DNA of 64,000 nucleotides from the NCBI RefSeq assembly GCF_003334335.1, contig NZ_QOWQ01000002.1, one strand, 5' to 3'. The notes beneath the pieces are model-generated. The model ran no database searches. It had not been told where the DNA came from and worked only from the letters and a program-made list of their open reading frames with translations. Positions 36,113 through 50,532 of this stretch are shown here, piece by piece. Within the stretch, counting starts at the first letter, position 1. Each line of letters starts with the position of its first letter. This stretch comes from Escherichia coli (GTDB lineage: Bacteria; Pseudomonadota; Gammaproteobacteria; Enterobacterales; Enterobacteriaceae). The position numbers and the translations under genes were made by a program.

Positions 36113-37633
36113 ATGGTCAGCTCAACGACTCCGTCCTCCGGGGAATACTTGTTGGAAATGAGCGGTATCAACAAGTCCTTTCCTGGTGTTAAGGCACTTG
36201 ATAACGTTAATTTAAAAGTCCGGCCACATTCTATCCATGCATTAATGGGGGAAAACGGTGCAGGAAAATCGACATTATTAAAATGCCTGTTTGGTATTTA
36301 TCAAAAAGACTCCGGCACCATTTTATTCCAGGGTAAAGAGATCGATTTCCATTCTGCAAAAGAAGCCCTGGAAAATGGTATTTCGATGGTACACCAGGAG
36401 TTAAACCTGGTATTACAACGTTCGGTGATGGATAACATGTGGCTGGGGCGATATCCCACCAAAGGCATGTTTGTCGATCAGGACAAAATGTACCGCGAAA
36501 CCAAAGCGATTTTTGACGAACTGGATATTGATATCGATCCGCGTGCGCGCGTCGGCACATTATCCGTTTCGCAAATGCAGATGATCGAAATCGCCAAAGC
36601 GTTTTCCTATAACGCGAAAATTGTGATTATGGATGAACCGACTTCTTCGTTAACCGAAAAAGAGGTCAATCATCTGTTCACTATTATTCGTAAATTAAAA
36701 GAGCGCGGCTGCGGTATTGTTTATATCTCGCATAAAATGGAAGAAATCTTCCAGTTATGTGATGAAGTTACCGTATTGCGCGACGGTCAGTGGATCGCCA
36801 CCGAACCGCTGGCAGGACTGACGATGGACAAGATCATCGCCATGATGGTTGGGCGTTCTCTTAACCAGCGTTTCCCTGACAAAGAAAACAAACCGGGCGA
36901 AGTCATCCTCGAGGTACGTAACCTGACGTCACTGCGCCAGCCGTCGATTCGCGATGTCTCGTTTGATCTGCATAAAGGGGAGATCCTCGGTATTGCCGGT
37001 CTGGTGGGGGCGAAACGTACCGATATTGTTGAGACGTTATTTGGTATTCGCGAGAAATCGGCTGGCACCATAACGTTGCACGGCAAACAGATCAATAACC
37101 ATAATGCCAACGAAGCCATAAACCATGGATTTGCACTGGTAACTGAGGAGCGCCGCTCAACGGGAATTTATGCCTATCTGGATATTGGTTTTAACTCGTT
37201 AATTTCCAATATTCGCAACTACAAAAATAAAGTTGGTTTACTGGATAACTCGCGGATGAAAAGCGATACCCAGTGGGTGATTGATTCGATGCGGGTAAAA
37301 ACGCCGGGTCATCGGACGCAAATTGGTTCGCTCTCCGGTGGTAATCAGCAAAAGGTGATTATTGGTCGCTGGCTACTAACGCAACCAGAAATATTAATGC
37401 TCGATGAACCGACGCGCGGTATTGATGTCGGGGCGAAGTTTGAAATTTATCAGTTAATTGCCGAACTGGCGAAGAAAGGCAAGGGGATTATTATTATCTC
37501 CTCTGAAATGCCTGAGTTGTTAGGGATAACAGACCGTATTCTGGTCATGAGCAATGGTCTCGTTTCCGGAATTGTCGATACAAAAACAACAACGCAAAAC
37601 GAAATTCTGCGTCTTGCGTCTTTGCACCTTTAA
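36113..37633 (+). CDS. mglA: Galactose/methyl-galactoside ABC transporter ATPase MglA
   Basis: 506 aa with duplicated ABC cassettes (Walker [14 protein letters not shown] signature). Confidence 0.95.
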
Positions 37634-37648
37634 GATTAGGGGCTTCCC

Positions 37649-38659
37649 ATGAGTGCGTTAAATAAGAAAAGTTTTCTTACTTACCTGAAAGAGGGCGGTA
37701 TTTACGTCGTTCTTTTAGTTTTGCTGGCGATTATTATTTTCCAGGACCCAACATTTTTAAGTCTGTTGAACTTAAGTAATATTCTCACCCAGTCATCGGT
37801 GCGTATTATTATCGCGCTCGGTGTGGCAGGGTTAATTGTCACCCAGGGGACCGATCTTTCTGCTGGTCGTCAGGTAGGGCTGGCGGCAGTGGTGGCTGCG
37901 ACATTATTGCAGTCCATGGATAACGCCAACAAAGTGTTCCCGGAAATGGCGACGATGCCGATTGCGCTGGTTATTCTGATTGTCTGTGCCATTGGTGCGG
38001 TGATCGGTTTGATCAACGGTCTGATTATCGCTTATCTCAACGTGACGCCGTTCATTACCACGCTCGGCACGATGATCATCGTCTATGGCATCAACTCGCT
38101 CTATTACGACTTTGTCGGGGCGTCGCCAATTTCTGGTTTTGACAGTGGCTTCTCTACCTTTGCTCAGGGCTTTGTCGCGCTGGGGAGTTTCCGTCTCTCT
38201 TACATCACCTTCTACGCGTTGATTGCGGTGGCGTTCGTCTGGGTGTTGTGGAACAAAACCCGCTTCGGTAAGAACATTTTTGCCATTGGCGGTAACCCGG
38301 AAGCGGCAAAAGTATCTGGTGTCAACGTCGGCCTGAACCTGCTGATGATCTACGCGTTGTCTGGCGTGTTCTATGCCTTTGGCGGGATGTTAGAAGCCGG
38401 ACGTATCGGCTCTGCCACCAACAACCTCGGCTTTATGTATGAGCTGGATGCTATCGCGGCGTGCGTGGTAGGCGGTGTATCGTTCAGCGGCGGTGTGGGG
38501 ACGGTGATTGGCGTGGTGACCGGGGTAATTATTTTTACCGTCATCAACTATGGCCTGACGTATATCGGCGTAAACCCATACTGGCAGTACATCATCAAAG
38601 GGGCGATTATTATCTTCGCCGTAGCGCTGGATTCACTGAAATACGCGCGTAAGAAATGA
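37649..38659 (+). CDS. mglC: Galactose ABC transporter permease MglC
   Basis: 336 aa permease. Confidence 0.95.
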   Translation: MSALNKKSFLTYLKEGGIYVVLLVLLAIIIFQDPTFLSLLNLSNILTQSSVRIIIALGVAGLIVTQGTDLSAGRQVGLAAVVAATLLQSMDNANKVFPEMATMPIALVILIVCAIGAVIGLINGLIIAYLNVTPFITTLGTMIIVYGINSLYYDFVGASPISGFDSGFSTFAQGFVALGSFRLSYITFYALIAVAFVWVLWNKTRFGKNIFAIGGNPEAAKVSGVNVGLNLLMIYALSGVFYAFGGMLEAGRIGSATNNLGFMYELDAIAACVVGGVSFSGGVGTVIGVVTGVIIFTVINYGLTYIGVNPYWQYIIKGAIIIFAVALDSLKYARKK

Positions 38660-38716
38660 TGTGAATGTGGTCCGCATTCGGTCATAAACGCACATAACAT
38701 CATGATCTGTGTGGTT

Positions 38717-38897
38717 TTGTAGGCCGGATAAGGCGTTCACGCCGCATCCGGCAACAGGAGCCAAATGCCGGATGCAACGCTGGCGCGTTTTATCCGGCCT
38801 ACAATAAGCTCAACATACTGATTTGTATGGTTTTGTAGGCCGGATAAGGCGTTCAAGCCGCATCCGGCGACAGGAACCAAATGCCGGATGCGTCTCT
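38717..38897. repeat. BIME / REP cluster (at least three REP units)
   Basis: Repeated gtaggccggataaggcgttcacgccgcatccggca units in alternating orientation between mglC and preA. Confidence 0.75.
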
Positions 38898-38901
38898 GGT
38901 T

Positions 38902-40137
38902 TTACAACGTTACCGGGTGTTCTTTCTCGCCTTTCTTAAACTTCACTTCCCCGAGCTCAATACAACCCACCGGGCAGACGTGACCACAAAGCAGACAACC
39001 CACACATTTCTCGGTATTACAATGCGGTGTGCGGGTTTTCTCGCTCCATTCCATCGCCTGGTGACCGCCGTCGTAACAGGAAATATAACAGCGTCCACAG
39101 CCAACACATTTATCAAGATTGATACGGGGATAGACAATATAACTGCGGTCTAAATCTTCCGCCGGGACAATATTGTTATTCGCCAGACCTACCATCTCCT
39201 GCAGCGAATCAAATCCCTGATCGGCGAGATAATGCGACAACCCGCTTGCCATATCTTCCACTATCCGATACCCGTACTGCATGATGCCGGTGGTCACCTG
39301 TAACGTTGCTGCGCCGAGCAATAAAAACTCAGCCGCATCCTCCCAGGTTTCAATGCCGCCGATACCGCTGATTGGGAAATCGCGCAGTTCTGGATGGGTG
39401 CGCATTTGCTGAATGAAGCGCAGGGCGATCGGTTTTACCGCTTTACCGGAATATCCGGAAATACTCGATTTTCCGTTAACGATCGGCATACCGATTTTCT
39501 GATTAAGATCGATATTGGTGATGGATTTAACGGTGTTAATCGCCGCAATGCCATCTGCGCCGCCGCGCTTCGCCGCCAGCGCCACTTCGCACATATCACC
39601 GATATTCGGCGTCATCTTCGCCAGCATTGGCAGCGTGGAACCCCGTTTCACTGCCCGACAATATTTTTCTACCAGCTCCGGGCTTTGCCCGACATCGCTA
39701 CCCATCGCATGAGAAGTCATTTGCGGACAGGAGAAGTTACACTCGATCATATCCGCGCCAGCTTCTTGCACCAGGCGCGCCAGCTCCTCCCATTGCTGCT
39801 CATTTTCCCCCATGATCGAAGCGATCAATACTTTGTCCGGGTAATCTTCCTTCAGCCGACGCAGGGCGGCCAGATTCTCTTCCAACGGATGTTCAGCAAT
39901 CTGCTCCATATTTTTGAAGCCGATAAAACCGGTATCTTCTTTCACCAGATGATCAAAACGCGGCGAGACTTCGTTGGCGATAAAAAAGCCGATCGTTTTA
40001 AACACCACACCGCCCCAACCTGTGTCGTAGGCTTTGGCACACATCTCATAGCAGTTGCCTACCGGCGAAGAAGAGAGGCAGAACGGGTTGGGAAACTTCA
40101 CGCCGCAAAAAGTAATCGAAAGATCTTTCGTTAACAT
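38902..40137 (-). CDS. preA: NAD-dependent dihydropyrimidine dehydrogenase subunit PreA (YeiA)
   Basis: ~411 aa; DHOD-like domain plus C-terminal 2x[4Fe-4S] ferredoxin motifs (CxxCxxCxxxCP). Confidence 0.92.
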   Translation of the reverse strand: MLTKDLSITFCGVKFPNPFCLSSSPVGNCYEMCAKAYDTGWGGVVFKTIGFFIANEVSPRFDHLVKEDTGFIGFKNMEQIAEHPLEENLAALRRLKEDYPDKVLIASIMGENEQQWEELARLVQEAGADMIECNFSCPQMTSHAMGSDVGQSPELVEKYCRAVKRGSTLPMLAKMTPNIGDMCEVALAAKRGGADGIAAINTVKSITNIDLNQKIGMPIVNGKSSISGYSGKAVKPIALRFIQQMRTHPELRDFPISGIGGIETWEDAAEFLLLGAATLQVTTGIMQYGYRIVEDMASGLSHYLADQGFDSLQEMVGLANNNIVPAEDLDRSYIVYPRINLDKCVGCGRCYISCYDGGHQAMEWSEKTRTPHCNTEKCVGCLLCGHVCPVGCIELGEVKFKKGEKEHPVTL

Positions 40138-41369
40138 GAGCAAGCTCCCTCTAAATAGTGATGAATCGCCTCGGCGGCTTCTTTCCCGGTTTTCACGGCA
40201 TAGACCACGGTTTTGTCACCCTCAACAATATCGCCAGCAGCAAAGACTTGCGGGTCGCGGGTCTGGTAATTTTGTGTTTTGATGGTGTTACGCTGCGGCT
40301 CTAACTCCGCAAAGGCATCTAGTCTGGCATGCTGACCGACGGCGAGAATAATTTTATCTGCCGCCATCGTCAGTTCGCCCGATAACCGTACATGCTTAAA
40401 CGTGACTTTATTGCCTTCCACGGCTACTGGCGTGAATCCATCGATGATCGAAACGCCCAGCTCCCGGGCGCTGGTAAACTCTTTTTCGCTTGCCGGAAAC
40501 TCATCTAACTCTTCACGCGCTACGCAAGTTACCGCCTGACAGCCGAGAACTTTCAGCGTGCTGGCTACGTCCATCGCGACATCACCGCCGCCGATAATTA
40601 ATGCGCTTTGTGGAATGCTGATATCGCCTTGCGCCTGTCGTGCACGTTGCAAGAAGTCGACGGCAATCTCAACGTCACTATGCTCAAACAGCGGTAGCCC
40701 GGAACCGCTTGATAACCCCACGGTGACCAGTACCGCGCGGTTTTCTGCTTTCAGCTGCTCAAGGGTGAGTGTGTTACCGACTTCGTTGTTGCACTTAATG
40801 GTCACGCCCATTTTTTCAATACGGGCGATCTCTGCATCCAGCACTGATTGCGGTAACCGGAATTGCGGAATACCGTTACGCAACCAGCCACCGGGGTGCG
40901 CTTCTTTCTCATAAATCGTGACGTCATAACCCTGGTTTGTCAGTGTCACACTGGCCTGCAATCCGGCAGGACCTGCGCCAATAATCGCGACTTTGCCGAG
41001 CGTTTTAGTACCGGGCTGATAAATTTCCATTCCGGTTTGTTGTTCAAAATCAGTAACAAAACGCTGTAAGCGGCCGATATCAATGGGAGCATCAACACCG
41101 GCACGGGTACAACCGCTTTGGCATAATTTCTCCGTCGGGCACACTCTGGCACAAACGGCACCGAGGGCATTATTTTCGCGAATTGTCTCGGCAGCGCCTT
41201 TAAAATTACGAAAGTAGATTGAGCGAATAAATTTCCCCGGATCGGTCTGTGCCGGGCAAGCCTGACTACAGGGAGCGTCGTGACATAATAAACAGCGAGA
41301 GGCTTCTTTAATCGCCAGTAAAGACGTAAAAGCCGGAGTGAGTTCATCCAGATAATTTTGTTGCGGCAT
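40131..41369 (-). CDS. preT: Dihydropyrimidine dehydrogenase subunit PreT (YeiT)
   Basis: 412 aa; FAD/NAD Rossmann GAGPAG; overlaps preA start. Confidence 0.92.
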   Translation of the reverse strand: MPQQNYLDELTPAFTSLLAIKEASRCLLCHDAPCSQACPAQTDPGKFIRSIYFRNFKGAAETIRENNALGAVCARVCPTEKLCQSGCTRAGVDAPIDIGRLQRFVTDFEQQTGMEIYQPGTKTLGKVAIIGAGPAGLQASVTLTNQGYDVTIYEKEAHPGGWLRNGIPQFRLPQSVLDAEIARIEKMGVTIKCNNEVGNTLTLEQLKAENRAVLVTVGLSSGSGLPLFEHSDVEIAVDFLQRARQAQGDISIPQSALIIGGGDVAMDVASTLKVLGCQAVTCVAREELDEFPASEKEFTSARELGVSIIDGFTPVAVEGNKVTFKHVRLSGELTMAADKIILAVGQHARLDAFAELEPQRNTIKTQNYQTRDPQVFAAGDIVEGDKTVVYAVKTGKEAAEAIHHYLEGACSC

Positions 41370-41562
41370 GTGATCTTCCTTAATGCTATAGGTAATTAAG
41401 GCGAGCGTTTAGTAAATAATAATGTACTGATATTAAGGCTAAGCGTGCGGGGGAATTTAAACTGTGAAAAGATTCACAAATAGCTGCGGTTAGGAATGTG
41501 ATATCCGCAGCTTATCAGGTGAAGTAATAATTATTCTCAATAATTAACTGGAGAGGGGAATA

Positions 41563-43558
<1,996 letters not shown>

Positions 43559-43687
43559 GGCGTTGCCTCATAATCATGTAATGGGATAACAGTTTACGAA
43601 CCCGTTGTGGCTTTATATGTGATCTGAATCTCATTAATTATGCAACGCGTGAAACATACATCAAAAATGCGCGACGCATCGCAAATT

Positions 43688-44814
<1,127 letters not shown>

Positions 44815-45016
44815 TTAATTCGTAAAACGTGCTACCGATCACATTAAGAAATCAGCGCTTATTTTTTCGCTCCCCGGCATTACGCAATGCGCAGCGAACT
44901 CAGGCATACATCAAGCATAGAGAGGGATTGCAGTTTGCAGCAATCCCTCTTTGCAGACCTTTAATCCGCTGACCATAGGCGCTAACATAGCGCCTCATTT
45001 TTTTGCGGGTGATGAT

Positions 45017-45964
45017 ATGCGTGTGTTACTGGCACCGATGGAGGGAGTGCTTGACTCTCTGGTGCGTGAATTGCTGACCGAAGTTAACGACTACGATCTG
45101 TGCATCACCGAGTTTGTCCGCGTGGTGGATCAACTGCTGCCGGTAAAAGTCTTTCATCGCATTTGCCCTGAGCTACAAAACGCCAGCCGGACACCATCTG
45201 GTACGCTGGTGCGCGTGCAGTTGTTAGGTCAGTTCCCACAATGGCTGGCAGAGAACGCCGCCCGTGCGGTGGAGTTAGGTTCCTGGGGCGTGGATCTCAA
45301 TTGCGGCTGCCCGTCGAAAACGGTTAACGGTAGCGGCGGCGGGGCGACGTTACTCAAAGATCCTGAACTCATCTACCAGGGTGCAAAAGCGATGCGTGAA
45401 GCTGTACCGGCGCATTTGCCCGTCAGCGTGAAAGTGCGTCTGGGCTGGGACAGCGGTGAGAAGAAATTTGAAATCGCCGATGCGGTTCAACAGGCTGGCG
45501 CTACGGAGCTGGTGGTGCATGGGCGGACGAAAGAGCAGGGTTACCGCGCGGAGCATATTGACTGGCAGGCGATTGGCGATATTCGCCAGCGGCTGAATAT
45601 TCCGGTGATTGCCAACGGTGAAATCTGGGACTGGCAGAGCGCGCAACAATGCATGGCGATCAGCGGCTGCGACGCAGTGATGATTGGTCGCGGGGCGCTC
45701 AATATTCCCAACCTGAGCCGGGTGGTAAAATATAACGAACCGCGAATGCCGTGGCCGGAGGTGGTTGCTTTGCTGCAAAAATATACCCGTCTGGAAAAGC
45801 AGGGCGATACCGGGTTATATCACGTTGCGCGGATTAAACAGTGGTTGAGTTATTTGCGTAAAGAATACGATGAAGCAACGGAATTATTTCAGCATGTTCG
45901 GGTGTTGAATAATTCCCCTGATATTGCAAGGGCTATTCAGGCAATTGATATCGAGAAACTCTAA
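45017..45964 (+). CDS. dusC: tRNA-dihydrouridine synthase C DusC
   Basis: ORF 44951..45964; likely start [11 protein letters not shown] (~315 aa); Dus family. Confidence 0.9.
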
Positions 45965-46336
45965 AAAACCATAGTGATGTTTTTTGACAATGTGTTAGCT
46001 CTTTATCAATAGGCCGCACGGTTGTTTGGTGGCGTCAAAATTGCCGAGGCGTTCCCTGAAGGCCGGGGCAGCCCACATGGATGTGGGCTGAGGGCGCGTT
46101 TTACAGGGATGTTACCTCGCGCCCGACCCGGTAGCCGTAAGGGATAAGTCGAGGGCACCGCGCAGCGGCGATTTTGTTCGCCAGAGCCCGGGGGTGCAGG
46201 GGGCGGCGGCGATTGGCCGCCCCCTGCGCGCTCCTTGCGCCAGTGATTATATGAAGCAATGCACATGACAGGAGCGCAACAGGATGAGAGACTGAAATAT
46301 TCTCGTTATTTTCGGACCTGATGACATTAATTAATT

Positions 46337-46420
46337 TTAAAATATCATCTTAAATACGCCAGTCACCACCAGTAGCCCAATCAGGAAAATAATCAATACA
46401 GCCCAGAGTATAATTTTCAT
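46337..46420 (-). CDS. yohP: Small hydrophobic protein YohP (27 aa)
   Basis: ATG at 46418-46420 (minus); hand translation MKIILWAVLIIFLIGLLVVTGVFKMIF; below ORF-track size cutoff. Confidence 0.6.
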   Translation of the reverse strand: MKIILWAVLIIFLIGLLVVTGVFKMIF

Positions 46421-46643
46421 TGGCGTTCCTTTATTTGTGAGTGCTGAATAAGTATAGGAAAAAACGAAGCCCTTTGCCGTTATCCATAAACGATTAAGAT
46501 AAATCGGAAGATATCATTCACTTAGTGTATATTTTTCTGGATATGTCGTTTTATTGCCACTGATGTATTGCCACGCGAAACTAAAAAATATATCGCAACA
46601 CACGGTAATCTCCGCGCACCTTTTCTTACCTGATTATTCCCCC

Positions 46644-48080
46644 ATGAATCGTGATTCCTTTTATCCAGCCATCGCCTGTTTTCCGCTGTTACTGATGCTG
46701 GCCGGGTGTGCGCCTATGCATGAAACCCGCCAGGCGTTAAGCCAGCAAACGCCCGCTGCACAAGTTGACACCGCATTACCCACGGCGCTGAAAAATGGTT
46801 GGCCAGACAGCCAATGGTGGCTGGAGTATCACGATAATCAACTCACTTCCTTAATTAACAATGCACTACAGAACGCACCGGATATGCAGGTGGCTGAACA
46901 GCGCATTCAGCTAGCTGAAGCCCTGGCGAAGGCAGTTGCCACTCAGGATGGTCCGCAGATCGACTTTTCGGCGGATATGGAGCGGCAAAAAATGTCGGCA
47001 GAAGGCTTAATGGGGCCGTTTGCTCTGAACGATCCGGCCGCAGGTACGACCGGCCCGTGGTACACCAACGGTACTTTTGGCTTAACGGCGGGCTGGCATC
47101 TCGATATCTGGGGAAAGAATCGGGCGGAGGTTACTGCCCGCCTGGGTACGGTTAAAGCACGGGCGGCGGAACGCGAGCAAACCCGCCAATTGCTGGCTGG
47201 CAGCGTAGCCCGCCTGTACTGGGAGTGGCAAACCCAGGCGGCGTTAAACACGGTCTTGCAGCAAATAGAAAAAGAGCAGAACACCATTATCGCGACCGAT
47301 CGCCAGCTATATCAGAACGGGATTACTTCTTCAGTTGAAGGTGTGGAAACCGATATTAATGCCAGCAAAACCCGGCAGCAGCTCAACGATGTCGCGGGGA
47401 AAATGAAAATTATTGAGGCACGGTTAAGCGCACTTACAAATAACCAGACAAAGTCATTGAAGCTTAAACCGGTCGCGTTGCCGAAAGTGGCAAGCCAGCT
47501 TCCTGATGAACTGGGGTACTCCTTACTGGCCCGGCGGGCAGATTTGCAGGCGGCGCACTGGTACGTTGAGTCATCGCTAAGCACCATTGATGCGGCAAAA
47601 GCGGCATTTTATCCTGACATCAACCTGATGGCCTTCCTGCAACAGGATGCGTTGCACTTAAGCGATCTGTTCCGTCATTCCGCGCAGCAAATGGGCGTTA
47701 CGGCAGGCCTGACGCTACCCATTTTCGATAGTGGTCGTCTTAACGCCAATCTCGATATCGCAAAAGCCGAAAGCAACTTGTCTATCGCCAGCTACAACAA
47801 AGCGGTGGTTGAAGCGGTGAATGACGTGGCGCGGGCAGCCAGTCAGGTTCAGACACTGGCGGAGAAAAACCAGCATCAGGCGCAAATTGAGCGCGATGCC
47901 TTGCGTGTGGTAGGTCTTGCGCAGGCGCGCTTTAACGCGGGCATCATTGCTGGTTCCCGCGTCAGCGAAGCCAGAATCCCCGCGCTGCGTGAGCGGGCCA
48001 ATGGCCTGTTATTGCAAGGGCAGTGGCTGGATGCCTCCATTCAACTCACTGGTGCGTTGGGCGGGGGTTACAAACGCTGA
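46644..48080 (+). CDS. mdtQ: NodT/OprM-family outer membrane efflux lipoprotein MdtQ, apparently intact here
   Basis: ORF 46554..48080 uninterrupted; likely start MNRDSFYPAIACFPLLLMLAGCAP (lipobox LAGC), ~478 aa. Confidence 0.85.
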   Translation: MNRDSFYPAIACFPLLLMLAGCAPMHETRQALSQQTPAAQVDTALPTALKNGWPDSQWWLEYHDNQLTSLINNALQNAPDMQVAEQRIQLAEALAKAVATQDGPQIDFSADMERQKMSAEGLMGPFALNDPAAGTTGPWYTNGTFGLTAGWHLDIWGKNRAEVTARLGTVKARAAEREQTRQLLAGSVARLYWEWQTQAALNTVLQQIEKEQNTIIATDRQLYQNGITSSVEGVETDINASKTRQQLNDVAGKMKIIEARLSALTNNQTKSLKLKPVALPKVASQLPDELGYSLLARRADLQAAHWYVESSLSTIDAAKAAFYPDINLMAFLQQDALHLSDLFRHSAQQMGVTAGLTLPIFDSGRLNANLDIAKAESNLSIASYNKAVVEAVNDVARAASQVQTLAEKNQHQAQIERDALRVVGLAQARFNAGIIAGSRVSEARIPALRERANGLLLQGQWLDASIQLTGALGGGYKR

Positions 48081-48132
48081 TGATATGCGCCTTCTATACT
48101 TAACGTTTATTCAGCGTTAAGTGGAGAACTCG

Positions 48133-48894
48133 ATGGCACAGGTTGCGATTATTACCGCCTCCGATTCGGGGATCGGCAAAGAGTGCGCGTTATTACTGGC
48201 GCAGCAGGGGTTTGATATTGGTATTACCTGGCACTCAGATGAAGAAGGGGCAAAAGATACCGCGCGTGAGGTAGTTAGCCACGGCGTACGTGCGGAGATC
48301 GTGCAGCTGGATCTCGGCAATCTACCAGAAGGGGCACTGGCGCTGGAGAAACTCATTCAACGGCTGGGGCGCATTGATGTGCTGGTGAATAATGCGGGTG
48401 CAATGACCAAAGCGCCGTTTCTTGATATGGCTTTTGATGAGTGGCGCAAGATTTTTACCGTTGATGTCGATGGTGCATTCTTATGCTCGCAAATTGCGGC
48501 TCGTCAGATGGTGAAACAAGGGCAGGGCGGTCGCATCATCAACATTACGTCGGTACATGAACATACGCCGCTGCCGGATGCCAGCGCCTACACAGCCGCT
48601 AAACATGCGCTCGGTGGGTTAACCAAAGCGATGGCGCTGGAGCTGGTCAGGCATAAGATTTTGGTGAACGCAGTCGCGCCTGGGGCGATCGCCACGCCAA
48701 TGAATGGCATGGATGACAGCGACGTGAAGCCCGACGCGGAGCCTTCGATTCCCTTGCGGCGTTTTGGCGCAACGCATGAGATTGCCAGCCTGGTGGTGTG
48801 GCTTTGTTCGGAGGGCGCAAATTACACCACCGGGCAGTCGTTGATAGTGGATGGCGGCTTTATGTTGGCGAATCCACAGTTCAACCCAGAATAG
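48133..48894 (+). CDS. yohF: SDR-family oxidoreductase YohF
   Basis: Likely start MAQVAIITASDSGIGKE; TGxxxGxG and YxxxK SDR motifs. Confidence 0.88.
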   Translation: MAQVAIITASDSGIGKECALLLAQQGFDIGITWHSDEEGAKDTAREVVSHGVRAEIVQLDLGNLPEGALALEKLIQRLGRIDVLVNNAGAMTKAPFLDMAFDEWRKIFTVDVDGAFLCSQIAARQMVKQGQGGRIINITSVHEHTPLPDASAYTAAKHALGGLTKAMALELVRHKILVNAVAPGAIATPMNGMDDSDVKPDAEPSIPLRRFGATHEIASLVVWLCSEGANYTTGQSLIVDGGFMLANPQFNPE

Positions 48895-48934
48895 CGCAGT
48901 GAGGTGCGTGGATATTTCATTGGGTAATATTTTG

Positions 48935-49015
48935 GTCGGCATGAAAAGACGCACAAGCGTCGTATCAGGCATGGTACTCCGGATGTCGGATGCGGCGCGA
49001 ACGCCTTATCCAGGG
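48935..49015. repeat. REP-like palindromic elements
   Basis: gtcggcatgaaaagacgcacaagcgtcgtatcaggcatg and ccggatgtcggatgcggcgcgaacgccttatccagg. Confidence 0.55.
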
Positions 49016-49023
49016 CAATGGTT

Positions 49024-49602
49024 TTACGCCTGATGATCCGGCTTTTTCTTCCCGCGTCGTTTCAGCCACCAGCGCACGCCCACCACCAGAACCACGACCA
49101 GAATCAACCAGACCCAGTGCTTCAAATGCTGGTCGAGATTGTGCAACCACGGCGCAATCACCTGACCACCAGCGTAACCAATAGTGGTAAAAATCAACGC
49201 CCAGGCAAATGCGCCGAGAATATTCAGCGGCAGAAAGATTTTCGGCGGCAGCTGGCTGGCACCAATCAGCGTCGGGCCAATCACCCGAAAGCCATACATA
49301 AAGCGCGTACCAATGACAAACAGATACGGATGGCGTTGGATAAGTTTCTGCGCCCGCTCAATTTTATCCTGATGTTTCGAGAAACGGCGTAACAGCTTGC
49401 CGCCAAACCGCCGCCCGCACAGATAGAGCACCTGGTCGCCAATCATGCCGCCAAGCGCCACAGAAAGTACCACCAGCGGGAACTTTAATAGCCCCTGATG
49501 CGCCGCAACGCCTCCCAGCAAAGTCACGGTTTCACCTTCCGCCAGGCTACCGATCACCAGCGCGGCATAACCATATTGTGAGATAAGTGTATTGAGATCC
49601 AT
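49024..49602 (-). CDS. yohD: DedA-family inner membrane protein YohD
   Basis: ORF 49024..49638; likely start MDLNTLISQYGYAAL (~192 aa). Confidence 0.88.
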   Translation of the reverse strand: MDLNTLISQYGYAALVIGSLAEGETVTLLGGVAAHQGLLKFPLVVLSVALGGMIGDQVLYLCGRRFGGKLLRRFSKHQDKIERAQKLIQRHPYLFVIGTRFMYGFRVIGPTLIGASQLPPKIFLPLNILGAFAWALIFTTIGYAGGQVIAPWLHNLDQHLKHWVWLILVVVLVVGVRWWLKRRGKKKPDHQA

Positions 49603-49771
49603 AGGCCAGTCTGTCTCCCTTTGGTTGCCAGTAAGCATACACCCTGTGAATCATTCACGCTGAAAAAGGACGTTCATCAGACAGTGAAAATTACATGGGC
49701 GAACAAAAAATAATCACAAGCTGACTTATACTTGAACTGTCAGGTTCATGAACTCACAACAAGGGGGCGGT

Positions 49772-50359
49772 ATGAGCCATGTCTGGGGACTGTTTTCCCA
49801 TCCCGATCGTGAAATGCAGGTGATTAATCGCGAAAACGAAACGATTTCTCACCATTACACCCACCACGTTTTGCTGATGGCGGCGATTCCGGTGATTTGC
49901 GCCTTCATTGGCACTACACAGATTGGCTGGAATTTTGGCGATGGCACTATCCTGAAGTTATCCTGGTTTACCGGACTGGCGCTGGCTGTCTTGTTTTACG
50001 GCGTTATGCTGGCTGGGGTCGCGGTGATGGGGCGGGTCATCTGGTGGATGGCGCGTAATTATCCGCAGCGTCCGTCACTTGCGCACTGCATGGTCTTCGC
50101 GGGCTACGTTGCAACTCCGCTGTTTTTAAGCGGTCTGGTGGCGCTTTATCCACTGGTCTGGTTGTGTGCGCTGGTCGGCACGGTGGCGCTGTTTTACACC
50201 GGCTACCTGCTTTACCTTGGTATTCCGAGCTTCCTGAATATCAACAAAGAGGAAGGCCTTAGCTTCTCTAGTTCGACGCTGGCGATTGGCGTGCTGGTAC
50301 TGGAAGTGCTGCTCGCCCTAACCGTTATACTATGGGGCTACGGTTATCGTTTGTTCTAG
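49772..50359 (+). CDS. yohC: Yip1-family inner membrane protein YohC
   Basis: ORF 49748..50359; likely start MSHVWGLFSHP (~195 aa). Confidence 0.87.
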   Translation: MSHVWGLFSHPDREMQVINRENETISHHYTHHVLLMAAIPVICAFIGTTQIGWNFGDGTILKLSWFTGLALAVLFYGVMLAGVAVMGRVIWWMARNYPQRPSLAHCMVFAGYVATPLFLSGLVALYPLVWLCALVGTVALFYTGYLLYLGIPSFLNINKEEGLSFSSSTLAIGVLVLEVLLALTVILWGYGYRLF

Positions 50360-50532
50360 AAAGTTCTTTGACGTTGCATTGCTGGCGTAAATGTCAGCAA
50401 TGCAGCATTTCCTCACGATTCTCCTTTGACGATCGCACTTTTTGCTCGTTATGATGGCGTCGCTAGCCTCAGTAAATCCTTACTCCGGCGGTGCGCAACC
50501 CGTGCGCGTGAACCACTATCTGAATGCTCATC

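Noticed and set aside
38717-38897. Possible CRISPR-like array because of repeated palindromic units
   Set aside because: Units are REP/BIME sequences in alternating orientation with irregular spacing, not constant-length direct repeats with unique spacers; no cas genes nearby.
39394-40134. 246-aa plus-strand ORF inside preA
   Set aside because: Antisense shadow ORF within preA; no independent signals.
46006-46266. 86-aa Pro/Gly/Arg-rich ORF in the GC-rich island
   Set aside because: Composition artefact of a GC-rich structured segment; no start or RBS context. The region is reported as a possible RNA or repeat element instead.
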